A stretch of 56,786 nt of DNA from a virus (IMGVR_UViG_3300010396_000050:1-56786); one strand, 5' to 3'; counted from the stretch's first letter, positions 18,784-27,424 are shown. Made by a program: numbers and translations. The notes: generated by a model from the letters alone, not told the origin.

Positions 18784-20013
18784 ATGGCCAAGCAGACGAA
18801 ACTCACGCCGGGACGCTATCAGGACCGCGACCCGCTGACCGGGAGACCGATCGAGTCCGGGATCACAGCGATCGTCTCCGATGCGTTGGGCGTGACGTAT
18901 CAGGCGCGCTGGTCGTGGACGGGACCGGACGGCAAGCGGCACCAGGAAGCGGAGACCTTCAAAACGCTGGACGCGGCGGAAGAGACGTTGTTGGAGAACA
19001 AGCTGAAGATCAAACGCGGCATCTACGTCCCGAACAACAAGATCACGATGCAGGAATACTACGACCAGTGGTACAAGCGGCTCTCGATCTCCAAGTGGCG
19101 AACGTCGACGGCGTTTCGCGTCCGGTCGACGTGGGAGCATCACTTCAAGGATTCCGTCGGCGGTGTCCCGTTGACGAAGATGAACCGGTCACTCTGCCAG
19201 CGCGAAGCAGACCGACTCATGAACCTGAAGAATCCTCGTGACGCGGCTAAGCCGCTCGCCGAGCAACGCCCGCTCTACGCGCCGGGAACGATCCGGCTCT
19301 TCCTCACGGTGCTCACAGGCGTGCTGGAGGGTGCGTTCCGTGAGGGGATCATCGACCGCAACCCAGCGCTCCGATTAGAGATCCCGAAGGACCGGACGAA
19401 GACGAAAGCCGTCTGGACGGTGGCGCAGGCGAAGACGTTCCTGGCGAAGACGGCGGACGATCCGTTTCACGTCCTCTGGTGGTTCATGCTCACGACGGGA
19501 TGCAGGGTCGGGGAAGCCGCGGCACTGAGTTGGTCTGCCGTCGACCTCGACGCCGGACGCGTGACGTTCCGCGCCACCCGTCGCCGGAAAGCGGATGGCG
19601 GCTGGGAGATCGCCGCCGGCACGAAGACGTCAGACGAGGATCAGACAATCCCGCTCGTACCCGAGATGGTGACGCTCTTCGCCGAATTGCGGCGTGACCA
19701 ACGATCAAAGCCCGTCGTCGATCTTGATGGACTCGTGTTTCCTACCAAGACGGGCGCGCCGATGGGAGAGCGTGTCGTCGCGCACGCGTTGGACCGCTGC
19801 ATCCTGACTGCTGGCGTCCCCCGAATCACGCCACACGGGATGCGACACACGACGTCGATGTTGCTCCGGGCGCTCAAGGTGCCCGATAGCGTGATCAAGG
19901 ATGTGCTGCGGCACAAGTCGATCGAGACGACCGTCGACATCTATATGCAGTCGGACGAGGAACTGCTCCGCGAAGCCGTCACCCGGCTGGAGCAGGCGTA
20001 CGGGAGTCGGTAG
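18784..20013 (+). CDS. int: Tyrosine integrase
   Basis: TGCRVGEA, HGMRHT and LRHKSIETTVDIY catalytic motifs. Confidence 0.95.
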   Translation: MAKQTKLTPGRYQDRDPLTGRPIESGITAIVSDALGVTYQARWSWTGPDGKRHQEAETFKTLDAAEETLLENKLKIKRGIYVPNNKITMQEYYDQWYKRLSISKWRTSTAFRVRSTWEHHFKDSVGGVPLTKMNRSLCQREADRLMNLKNPRDAAKPLAEQRPLYAPGTIRLFLTVLTGVLEGAFREGIIDRNPALRLEIPKDRTKTKAVWTVAQAKTFLAKTADDPFHVLWWFMLTTGCRVGEAAALSWSAVDLDAGRVTFRATRRRKADGGWEIAAGTKTSDEDQTIPLVPEMVTLFAELRRDQRSKPVVDLDGLVFPTKTGAPMGERVVAHALDRCILTAGVPRITPHGMRHTTSMLLRALKVPDSVIKDVLRHKSIETTVDIYMQSDEELLREAVTRLEQAYGSR

Positions 20014-20039
20014 CTTGCGACTACATCTGAGGGCGAATC

Positions 20040-20255
20040 CGGGCGGGTGTGTAGACTCTGTGTAGGAGTCGAGGAGAAAGGTACCGGAAACCCCGATGGA
20101 TCAAGGAAAATCGGGGAAGAGCGTACTACAGCCGGTAGACGAATACCGGTTTTCTCCCTCGCTGTTTCCTTGATATGGCGGGAAAATCCGAACCAAGAAC
20201 GATCGTCGGCGATTGTCGACGATCGTTCTGTGTGTAGGAATTGTGTAGGAAATCC
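20040..20255. other. Putative attP region with arm-type repeats
   Basis: TGTGTAG direct repeats in two pairs, 11 bp apart (20048/20059 and 20231/20242), in non-coding DNA just after int. Core not identified. Confidence 0.65.
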
Positions 20256-20285
20256 GTTCAAACCCGTGCGCCCCGTAGGCCAGTC

Positions 20286-20317
20286 TTGACGCGCTCCTAT
20301 ACAGAACATATGATCTA
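20286..20317 (+). promoter_or_regulatory. Promoter with overlapping LexA-type box
   Basis: TTGACG-17-TATGAT; AGAACATATGATCTA is the exact reverse complement of 18709-18723. Confidence 0.7.
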
Positions 20318-20320
20318 TTC

Positions 20321-20396
20321 GTCAGGGCGGACGTGTCGCAACGTGTTCCTACCGCCCTGATCCCTGCGAGCCCCGGCGAAGGGATGCCGGGGCTTT
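20321..20396 (+). ncRNA. Putative ~75-nt SOS-regulated small RNA
   Basis: Follows the promoter; hairpin TCAGGGCGG/CCGCCCTGA, then terminator-like AGCCCCGGC/GCCGGGGCT-TT; no ORF. Confidence 0.55.
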
Positions 20397-20484
20397 GCTC
20401 CCTTCATCCCACTGAGCCCCAGACCCGCATCCGGGGCTCAGGACCAGAGCGATCCATACCCTAACGAGATCAACGGCGACCAAC

Positions 20485-20523
20485 ACACAAAGGCCGGTGG
20501 ATGTTCTCCACCGGCCTTTGTGT
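20485..20523 (-). terminator. Intrinsic terminator ending the Ro60-Y RNA transcript
   Basis: Perfect inverted repeat ACACAAAGGCCGGTGG / CCACCGGCCTTTGTGT. Confidence 0.8.
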
Positions 20524-20637
20524 CTGCGAGATATGGAGCGAGACGAGCGGCATCACGTTGCCGTGATGTGGCGGTTTGCGCGCCGCCGTTGGGGTGTGAC
20601 CCCTGGAGCAGGAACTCGAACTCATCAACCCGGCAGA
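20523..20637 (-). ncRNA. Y RNA #3 (three-hairpin, non-tRNA distal domain)
   Basis: 5' GGGUUGAUGAGUUCGAGUU is shared with the neighbours; ends pair; internal hairpins GGGGU/ACCCC, GGCGG/CCGCC and CAUCACG-GCAA-CGUGAUG. Confidence 0.7.
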
Positions 20638-20652
20638 AGAAGTCTCGTGTGA

Positions 20653-20782
20653 CGCTGGATACGGAAGTGAGACGGGGGTTTACGCGCTCTGCCATTGAGC
20701 TACATCCACCGAAGCGGATGACGGGATTCGAACCCGCAACCACGTGCTTAGCAGGCAATAACCCGAACTCGTCAACCCAGCG
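20653..20782 (-). ncRNA. yrlA: Y RNA #2, YrlA-type (tRNA-like domain)
   Basis: CGCUGG/CCAGCG terminal stem; T arm GCGGG-UUCGAAU-CCCGU, closed acceptor CAUCCGC-UUCG-GUGGAUG, then D arm UAGCUCAAUGGCAGAGC; lies downstream of Ro60. Confidence 0.9.
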
Positions 20783-20796
20783 ATTGATTCGCGAGT

Positions 20797-20864
20797 ATGT
20801 CGGATGCGTGTGTGGCACGGGGGGATTTGTGTCAAGCAATAACCCCAAGCCTTCAACCCGACAC
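20797..20864 (-). ncRNA. Y RNA #1 (minimal, ~68 nt)
   Basis: GUCGG/CCGAC terminal stem; 5' GGGUUGAAGGCUUGGGGUUAUUG resembles Y RNA #2; starts a few nt after the Ro60 stop. Confidence 0.65.
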
Positions 20865-20869
20865 GTCCA

Positions 20870-22438
20870 TTATACCTGACCGCTCAGGAAAAGGGCGAGC
20901 GTGCGCGGGACCGACGCGTCCATGCCTACAAGGTCCATCTGGCGCGGGTCGCTCGGATCCGCAATTGAAATCTCGTTCGTGGCCATCGCGAGCACCGCGT
21001 GCCGGAACGCCGGGCGCGTCGCCTGAATCTCCGTGATCCGGTGCAACCCGTAGCGACTTGGCCACGTCTCGCTGTCGGTGATACTCACGACCGCCGAAAC
21101 CTCAGGATCGCTCATCGCCGCCGTGAGCGGCAGCGAACAGTCGGTGCCGCCTCCCTGAATGCGGCCAAGTGCTTGTCGAAGCTCGTCATAGCCCTCACCG
21201 CGAACCTCCAGGTGGTACGCGCGGTTCTCGTACGCCATGAACGTCGCATTCGGAAACTGGTACGCGAACACGAGCGCTAGGGAGGTTTCTGCGTCGACAC
21301 AGGTCAGATGCGTGCCGGATGCGTTGCCGTATGTCATGCTCCCCGATACGTCAAGCGCGATGAGGGGCGTCTGGTCCGGATAGATTTCCAGCCCTGTGAA
21401 CGCCTCCCCGAATCCTTCCGCCAACGCGGTCGAGATGCGACTGTTCGGCGTCCACGTCAACGAACCCTTGATGCCACGCCCGGCATCGTAGACCGAGCGA
21501 GCGAGCAGAAATTCGAACGGATGACAGACTTTCGTCGCCCCGTGAATCTTGCGAACGATGAGGTCTACCGAATGCTCGTCATCCATCCCGAGGGATGATA
21601 GCTTGCCAAGATTGCGCAGGAGCGCGCGACCCGGCATGTCCGGCAGCAAGGCGCGCCAGACGGCTTCGTGCCCGAGGAGTGGCCCCGGTACCATCTCGCG
21701 CGGGAGTCGCGCCGACGTGATCGCTTCTGCCGCTTGCTCCGGGGTGATGTCATCGCGTCGCAGTGCGGAATAGCCGACGAACAACCGGGACGCGTGGCTG
21801 TCGGTGAGCAAATCCGCCTCGAACGTCGTCCGCTTGTCCGGATGAGCGATCCAGTCGAAGATCAACGCATGGTCCGAGGATGGCGCCGTCGGACGTGCAA
21901 GGCGCAGCGCATCCCGGAGGGACCACCCGTCGCGCTGATCGTACTTGACTGCCTGGAGCGCGAGAACGTCCGGTGTGCGCATGGTGAACCATCGACTCAC
22001 GGCACGGCGGAACGTCCGATTGCTCTTGCGATCCGCGAAGCGATACCCAAGCCAGTGCAGCAGGTCAGTCCCGATCCGGCACACCTCCGCGACCGCCTCC
22101 ACCGCCTCCCGCTTGACCGCGAGATCAGCACTGCGCGTGAGTGCCGCGAGGACGTAGATTGCCGGGTCAATGCGGAGCGCGAGATTGCCACGCGAGACCT
22201 CGATCACCATATCGAGCGCCGCCCGTGGTTGCTCGTGAATGACGCGCTGAATGGTCTCGTCAGCCCCCTTTGTCACGTCGTAGCCGGTGGCGTAGAACGT
22301 GCCGGTCGATCCCAGGATTAGGAATCGGCGCAGGTGCGTGAGCGGATCAACGCGATAGACGTCGCCTCCCTCATTGCTGAGGACCGTTCCGTTCGCGCGT
22401 GCATTGGCCTGTCGAAGAAGAATAGCGTTCTGGCTCAT
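20870..22438 (-). CDS. rsr: Ro60/Rsr ribonucleoprotein (TROVE + vWA)
   Basis: LRRFLILGS, KYDQRDGWSLRDALRLARP, ALLRNLGKL, MIDAS ALDVSGSM, GGTDCSLP, ITDSETW. Confidence 0.95.
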   Translation of the reverse strand: MSQNAILLRQANARANGTVLSNEGGDVYRVDPLTHLRRFLILGSTGTFYATGYDVTKGADETIQRVIHEQPRAALDMVIEVSRGNLALRIDPAIYVLAALTRSADLAVKREAVEAVAEVCRIGTDLLHWLGYRFADRKSNRTFRRAVSRWFTMRTPDVLALQAVKYDQRDGWSLRDALRLARPTAPSSDHALIFDWIAHPDKRTTFEADLLTDSHASRLFVGYSALRRDDITPEQAAEAITSARLPREMVPGPLLGHEAVWRALLPDMPGRALLRNLGKLSSLGMDDEHSVDLIVRKIHGATKVCHPFEFLLARSVYDAGRGIKGSLTWTPNSRISTALAEGFGEAFTGLEIYPDQTPLIALDVSGSMTYGNASGTHLTCVDAETSLALVFAYQFPNATFMAYENRAYHLEVRGEGYDELRQALGRIQGGGTDCSLPLTAAMSDPEVSAVVSITDSETWPSRYGLHRITEIQATRPAFRHAVLAMATNEISIADPSDPRQMDLVGMDASVPRTLALFLSGQV

Positions 22439-22500
22439 TCATCGCTCCATTCATAAAGGACGTGAAGTCTACCTGCCGGGCGCTTGTTATGTCGAATGAT

Positions 22501-22821
22501 TCACGCCGCCTCCCCTTCCTGCCGCATGCCGCGACGCTTGAGCGCAAACCTGCCAAGGTCCGTCATCGCGTAATACCGCACCGTGATCGTCTTGCCGTCG
22601 TAGGACGGTGTGGAGATCGAGCGGTGGACCTCGATCATGCCGGTATCCCGCAGTCGCCAGAGGGCGTGCTGGACGGTCGGAATGTCGAGCGTGAGGCCGA
22701 ACAGCAGATCGTGCTCCGCGTGCGCCTGGTAGATGCTGAACGCCGTCGCCTCGCCAAGGGAGTTGATCGTGGCGAGGACGATGACGGCGATGTCGTCCGG
22801 GTGTCCGATGTCGGCGATCAT
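22501..22821 (-). CDS. Possible winged-helix protein
   Basis: IPTVQHALWRLRDTGMIEV...VRYYAMTDLGR is PadR-like. Confidence 0.55.
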   Translation of the reverse strand: MIADIGHPDDIAVIVLATINSLGEATAFSIYQAHAEHDLLFGLTLDIPTVQHALWRLRDTGMIEVHRSISTPSYDGKTITVRYYAMTDLGRFALKRRGMRQEGEAA

Positions 22822-23180
22822 TTCAGACGCACCCCATTACGGCGAGCATGAAGCATGATGGCGGAAAACGACGCGAACTCAGCGAAGATCATCGTTCGTT
22901 TCGCCTGCCAATTGGACTCGGTTCGCTCGTTGATTCGCTCCTCGACCTGTCCGTCCGGGAGCACGATGACGGTGACAAGGGCATCCGGCGGAACTGACCC
23001 CAAAGAGGCTGATCCAAGCACCATCCATGTCCCATCATGATCTGGCGTTGCAACGCTGCCGAAATATGGGTAAGTGGAGACGATCTGAGCCATGGCGTCA
23101 TACGACTCAATGGACACATCCTTCCTCACGATAAGGAATGCCCAATCATCGTGGCGCGAAATCACGTAGTCTTCGCTCAT
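22818..23180 (-). CDS. Hypothetical protein
   Basis: Coupled ORF. Confidence 0.55.
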   Translation of the reverse strand: MSEDYVISRHDDWAFLIVRKDVSIESYDAMAQIVSTYPYFGSVATPDHDGTWMVLGSASLGSVPPDALVTVIVLPDGQVEERINERTESNWQAKRTMIFAEFASFSAIMLHARRNGVRLK

Positions 23181-23278
23181 GCCGCTTCGTCCTCCCACGT
23201 CTCGGCGATTGCATCCGCCAGCCAGTCGAGCCAGTCCGGATCGTCGGAGGGCTTGGGCGGGGCGTGCTCGTCAGTCAT
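23177..23278 (-). CDS. Small acidic peptide (33 aa)
   Basis: MTDEHAPPKPSDDPDWLDWLADAIAETWEDEAA; AAGGAG SD; coupled. Confidence 0.45.
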   Translation of the reverse strand: MTDEHAPPKPSDDPDWLDWLADAIAETWEDEAA

Positions 23279-23501
23279 CGACGTACTCCTTCAGGACGAT
23301 CGTTGCGAGGTAGAGGAACTTGTCTCCATCGTGGGCCAGTGATTCGCTGACGATGCAGAACTCTCCTTGCGGATATTCTTTGGCGATCTCACTGAAGCGC
23401 TCGATCTTCTTGTCGTATAGAGCGTTGGCATTTTGCCCCTGCAACATCACTTGGAGAACGATCTGCTTGACGCGCTGGGTGACAGGTTCGGTCCACATCA
23501 C
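23271..23501 (-). CDS. Hypothetical protein
   Basis: Coupled ORF. Confidence 0.5.
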   Translation of the reverse strand: MMWTEPVTQRVKQIVLQVMLQGQNANALYDKKIERFSEIAKEYPQGEFCIVSESLAHDGDKFLYLATIVLKEYVDD

Positions 23502-23839
23502 TGGTCCTCGTGTGGTGGCGGGGCGGCGGGAAGATGATCGCGAATCACGGCGAGGACCGCGGGCAGTTCGACGAATCGCTTGTTCCCGACATGTTCGGCG
23601 CGCATCGCGAACTCACCCTTGAATACTTTCTCCAGCGCGACGATTAGGTCCCGCTGGGCCGCGAGCGCGACGGGCGTTGACATCTCCTCGTACTGGTGAC
23701 GGTCGATTGGTACGAGCTCGTCCCATATATCGTTGTCACGATCAGGCATGGGGTGACGATCCCACCATTCCCAATTCACGCGGTGCATGATCCGTGCGTA
23801 CTTCTCGCGCTGCTCCGGGGTGAGCGTCATGGTCATCAC
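23498..23839 (-). CDS. Hypothetical protein
   Basis: Coupled ORF. Confidence 0.55.
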   Translation of the reverse strand: MMTMTLTPEQREKYARIMHRVNWEWWDRHPMPDRDNDIWDELVPIDRHQYEEMSTPVALAAQRDLIVALEKVFKGEFAMRAEHVGNKRFVELPAVLAVIRDHLPAAPPPHEDQ

Positions 23840-24265
23840 CTACCAGTCCCCTTCCGCATACCGGCGCTCTGATCCTAAGTCATCGCCGATCGGGTTGGGG
23901 AACCCATACTTGACCGCGGTTGCTTTGAAAAGCGGAAGTCCATACAGAGCGTAGTCCTCGAAATCCTCGAGCCCGTCTTCAAGTATCCAGTTCCACATCG
24001 CCACTACGTCATACATCATTCCGGCTGAAAGCCCTCGCTGATTCAGTGCCTTGCTAAAGCCGAACGCAACATCCTTCTTGAGTTGTCCCAGGATGTTTTC
24101 GCGGGTGAACGGGACGCAGCTATGCTTGCCGACGAACTCTTCCTTGAGCGTTGCGCCAATCCGGTGTAGGTCAACCTCGGGAACAAAATCCACGAGCCGT
24201 AAAATATCCCGACCGTCCAACGTCTTCGATGTATAGCCCGCGTAAACCTGCTCGAGTGTCTTCAT
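23840..24265 (-). CDS. Phage hypothetical protein
   Basis: GAGGAG SD; visibly more AT-rich than the flanks. Confidence 0.65.
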   Translation of the reverse strand: MKTLEQVYAGYTSKTLDGRDILRLVDFVPEVDLHRIGATLKEEFVGKHSCVPFTRENILGQLKKDVAFGFSKALNQRGLSAGMMYDVVAMWNWILEDGLEDFEDYALYGLPLFKATAVKYGFPNPIGDDLGSERRYAEGDW

Positions 24266-24320
24266 CTCTACTCCTCAGTGGTGCGGCCACGAGCCGTGAG
24301 CCCGTGGCGCTGGTGGGTGG

Positions 24321-25523
24321 TTAGTCGTCTTTCGCGCGGCTGTCGCCCTTGACCGTGCGGAGCGGTCGGAGCGTGTGCACGATGTCGATCAGGTCTCTCT
24401 GGCGACCGATCACGGTCGCGATGTCCTTGTAAGCCCCAGGTGCCTCGTCAAGCTGGCCCTTCGTGATCGTCGTGAACGTGGCAGCGTCTTCCAGCTCGAT
24501 GTTCACCAGATCGACGTCGAACGTCTTCTTGGCGACATTGCGCCCCATCTTGCGACCGGCACCATGCGAGCACGATGCGTAGCTGTCGAGGTTCCCCTTG
24601 CCATGCACGATGTAGCTCGTCGATCCCATGCTGCCGGGGATGATGCCGATGCTCGACGCTCCGGCATCCGTCGCACCCTTGCGATGCAACACGATGCCGT
24701 GATCCTCCGGCCCATCGAACTCGGCATAGTTGTGCATGCAATCGAACGTATCGATCCGGTCCACCGGAATCCCGATCGCCGCCTCCAATGCGCGGACCAA
24801 TTGTTCGATCATCCACATCCGGCTCTCACGTGCGAACGCCATCCCCCAGTTCATGTCATGCATGTAGTCATGGGCGGCCTGTTCATCGAAGCTCAGTGAG
24901 GCGAGGTCCTTCGCCACTTTGACGCCCCGCTTCTCGGTCTCTGCAACGGCGAGCGTGTGGTAATAGCGCGCGAGCTGGTTTCCGGTCCCACGCGATCCCG
25001 AGTGCACCATGAGCCAGATAGCGTCTTCCTCGTCCACTTGTGCTTCGAGGAAGTGATTGCCGCCGCCAAGGGTGCCGAGTTGCGCGGGCCCCTTGCGGAG
25101 CATCGTGTCTTGGAGGGCATCCGCGCGGAGCGACATCTCGAAGAGCCAGTGATGCTCCCGCGCCGGATCCGCTGTACGGTGTGCCTCGAATCCGGTCGGG
25201 ATGCGTTCATTCACTTCGCTTGCCCATGCGTCCCAGAAGTGCTGACCCATCCCCGGATCGAAGTCGATGCTCGTGCGAACGGCTTGCATTCCACATCCAA
25301 TGTCAACGCCCACCGCGTTCGGGATGACGACGCCTTCGGTGGGAAAGACGCAGCCGATCGGGACACCGAAGCCGCCGTGTGCGTCGGGCATCAATGCGAC
25401 GTGGTCACTGACTTCTGGGTGGTTCGCGACGTTGATGACTTGTTCGACCGCCATCGCGTCAAGCTCGTAGTCGGGTACCCACATCTTCACAGGGACACGG
25501 GTCTTCGCGCTGAACTCAATCAT
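24321..25523 (-). CDS. rtcB: RtcB RNA 2',3'-cyclic/3'-phosphate-5'-OH ligase
   Basis: MPDAH, VGVDIGCG, GTLGGGNHFLE, HSGSRG, HNY, HRKGAT, IPGSMG, SCSHGAGR, DEAPGAYKDI. Confidence 0.97.
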   Translation of the reverse strand: MIEFSAKTRVPVKMWVPDYELDAMAVEQVINVANHPEVSDHVALMPDAHGGFGVPIGCVFPTEGVVIPNAVGVDIGCGMQAVRTSIDFDPGMGQHFWDAWASEVNERIPTGFEAHRTADPAREHHWLFEMSLRADALQDTMLRKGPAQLGTLGGGNHFLEAQVDEEDAIWLMVHSGSRGTGNQLARYYHTLAVAETEKRGVKVAKDLASLSFDEQAAHDYMHDMNWGMAFARESRMWMIEQLVRALEAAIGIPVDRIDTFDCMHNYAEFDGPEDHGIVLHRKGATDAGASSIGIIPGSMGSTSYIVHGKGNLDSYASCSHGAGRKMGRNVAKKTFDVDLVNIELEDAATFTTITKGQLDEAPGAYKDIATVIGRQRDLIDIVHTLRPLRTVKGDSRAKDD

Positions 25524-25578
25524 TGGTATGTCTCCTTGTGGGCCGCCCGTGTGAGCGGCCCGTGCTGAATACCAGGCG

Positions 25579-25827
25579 TCAGAACGGAAAACCGTCGTGC
25601 GTCGCGGCAATCTCCGTCGTGAAGATCCCCATCCCTGCGAAGACCTGCTCGCGCGCGTCCTCGGCGCCGCATCGTTGGCAGCGGTCCGGCGTGTCCATCT
25701 CGCTCCAGCAGAGGGCTTCGCGACCGCACCGCTCGCAGCGGTAGTCCGCGCACTCCAGCCAGTCCATATCCACGTCGTCCGCGTAGCCCTGCGTGTCGTC
25801 GTCGTCCATCCATGCGTTCATGCTCAT
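25579..25827 (-). CDS. Small acidic Zn-ribbon protein
   Basis: CERC...CQRC. Confidence 0.55.
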   Translation of the reverse strand: MSMNAWMDDDDTQGYADDVDMDWLECADYRCERCGREALCWSEMDTPDRCQRCGAEDAREQVFAGMGIFTTEIAATHDGFPF

Positions 25828-25828
25828 G

Positions 25829-26422
25829 TCAGCTCCATCCCATCTCAACGGCGTGCTCGTAGCCCTTGCGCAGTTGCGTTTCGTCACTCAAGTCCTCGTT
25901 GCGCGTGCTGCACCGATACCTGGTGTGGCCGGGCTGGTAGAAATCGTTCTGGATCAGCCACTCTTCTTCTGCGGGGGTGACGTACGGGTGCTGACCGTGG
26001 CTCGTGCGTTCCGCGATCCGGGCAAGCAACCCGTCCCACGTCATCCGGGTTCCGGGCATATCGCCGTCAACGAACGTCAGGGCGCCTCGCATCGCGTAGA
26101 GCGCCGCCTCGCGGATCGTGGCGTGGTCAGGGACACCGTTGGCGACCATGTGGGTGTCCATGTCGTCTACCTCAAAATGGATCGAGTAGGTGAAGGTCCG
26201 CTCGGTCCCGCGGTACGGGATGGGGTAGCCGTCGAACCGGAAATGCGTCTGAAGCTCGAACGATCCGACCAGCCGTGCCAACTCTGCGAAAACCGCCTCG
26301 GTGTCCCACGTCTCCACCTCCTCCATACGGGATTCCAGCGCGTGCACGCCGTCTGCGTATTGACGGGCGAGGGATGGCTTTCCACTCGCCCGCTTCGTGG
26401 TCGCCGCCTTGCTCACGACCAT
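25829..26422 (-). CDS. Hypothetical protein
   Basis: Long ORF in the operon. Confidence 0.6.
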   Translation of the reverse strand: MVVSKAATTKRASGKPSLARQYADGVHALESRMEEVETWDTEAVFAELARLVGSFELQTHFRFDGYPIPYRGTERTFTYSIHFEVDDMDTHMVANGVPDHATIREAALYAMRGALTFVDGDMPGTRMTWDGLLARIAERTSHGQHPYVTPAEEEWLIQNDFYQPGHTRYRCSTRNEDLSDETQLRKGYEHAVEMGWS

Positions 26423-26703
26423 GCACTCCACGCCAGTCGCTCCCGGTCGTGCGCGTCCTGCGGCTCCCGGATGCCCGCCTTCATTTCCCAGATCATCGGC
26501 GCCCGCTTGGCGGCGGGCTTGGCGACCGGGGCGACCGGCTTCGTGTCGTTGAGACGCGCGACCAGTTCGGCCTCCGCCTCCGTGATCCAGACCCGCATCC
26601 GCTCCTTCGTGACCGGGGTAACGCGCGGGTTGGACAATCCGGCGATGAGGGAAACCCTCGCGGCTCGGATGGCTTCGGTGGACTTCTCGGCGTATCGGTA
26701 CAT
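26413..26703 (-). CDS. Hypothetical protein, first gene of the rtcB/rsr gene string
   Basis: AGGAG SD before MYRYAEK. Confidence 0.6.
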   Translation of the reverse strand: MYRYAEKSTEAIRAARVSLIAGLSNPRVTPVTKERMRVWITEAEAELVARLNDTKPVAPVAKPAAKRAPMIWEMKAGIREPQDAHDRERLAWSAWS

Positions 26704-26788
26704 CGGTGTTCTCCTGCGTGTGGTCCGTCCGGCTGCAACCGGTCGGGACTTCGGTTCGGGTGAAAGCCTTGCGTCTTTCAATACACTT

Positions 26789-26848
26789 ATATTAGCACGC
26801 TTAGTGCGGAGAGTCAATAGTACACGCAGAGTAGTTCACTGCTATAAT
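26789..26848. promoter_or_regulatory. Divergent promoters
   Basis: Minus strand TTGACT-17-TAATAT (26817-26789); plus strand extended -10 TGcTATAAT (26840-26848). Confidence 0.7.
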
Positions 26849-26869
26849 CATGCACAGAGAGGAGGGACG

Positions 26870-27085
26870 GTGAAGACGATCAAGGAACTTCGCGAAGAGC
26901 ACAACGAAACCCAGCTCGAACTAGCCAGGGTGCTCAACGTCACGCCGGTCACGGTGTACAACTGGGAACGTGGGAAGTTTGAGCCGAAGGCATCACAGGT
27001 ACGCGCCATTGCTCGGCACTATGAGGTGTCTATGGATGACATCGCGTTTGAGGTGGAGAGCGCAAAGAACCACCGCCAGGACTGA
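26870..27085 (+). CDS. XRE-family HTH regulator
   Basis: GGAGG SD, GTG start; IKELREEHNETQLELARVLNVTPVTVYNWERGKFEP. Confidence 0.85.
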   Translation: MKTIKELREEHNETQLELARVLNVTPVTVYNWERGKFEPKASQVRAIARHYEVSMDDIAFEVESAKNHRQD

Positions 27086-27148
27086 CCCAGCGGTGGCCGC
27101 AAGACTCTCACCCTTGCAGGGGTAAGAACAGTGTGCAGTGTACCGGAT

Positions 27149-27424
27149 ATGCCTCTTCCAACCACAATCGAAACCGAACGGGATCTTCTCGTGGCTCACC
27201 TCAACGCGGTAGCGGCTGGCACGGAGAGCTTGAACGACTTTTCGTCGTGGTTCTTTATGTCGTCGCGTCCGGAAGAGTTCGACGATGGCGTAGAATTGGT
27301 ATGGGGAGTCGAGTCGATCTTGTATCAGTGGGGAGATTTCCATGACCTTGTGGGCGCCGAAGAAATTGTCACGAGCATTCGGCAGGAACTAGCTGCGCAT
27401 GGATGTAATGACGATCCTCATTAG
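27149..27424 (+). CDS. Small acidic helical protein, paralog of 2858-3160
   Basis: FSSWFF...GVESILYQWGD...EIVTSIRQEL. Confidence 0.7.
   Translation: MPLPTTIETERDLLVAHLNAVAAGTESLNDFSSWFFMSSRPEEFDDGVELVWGVESILYQWGDFHDLVGAEEIVTSIRQELAAHGCNDDPH

Noticed and set aside
20067-20230. tRNA-derived attP core
   Set aside because: No tRNA 3'-end sequence is recognisable between the arm repeats; the core cannot be placed without the host genome.
20438-20848. 136-aa ORF downstream of Ro60
   Set aside because: It overlaps three structured Y RNAs and a terminator and has no protein-like motif.
25793-27085. 430-aa plus-strand ORF
   Set aside because: Only the last 71 codons (XRE HTH with its own promoter and SD at 26870) look real. 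The rest is antisense to leftward genes.
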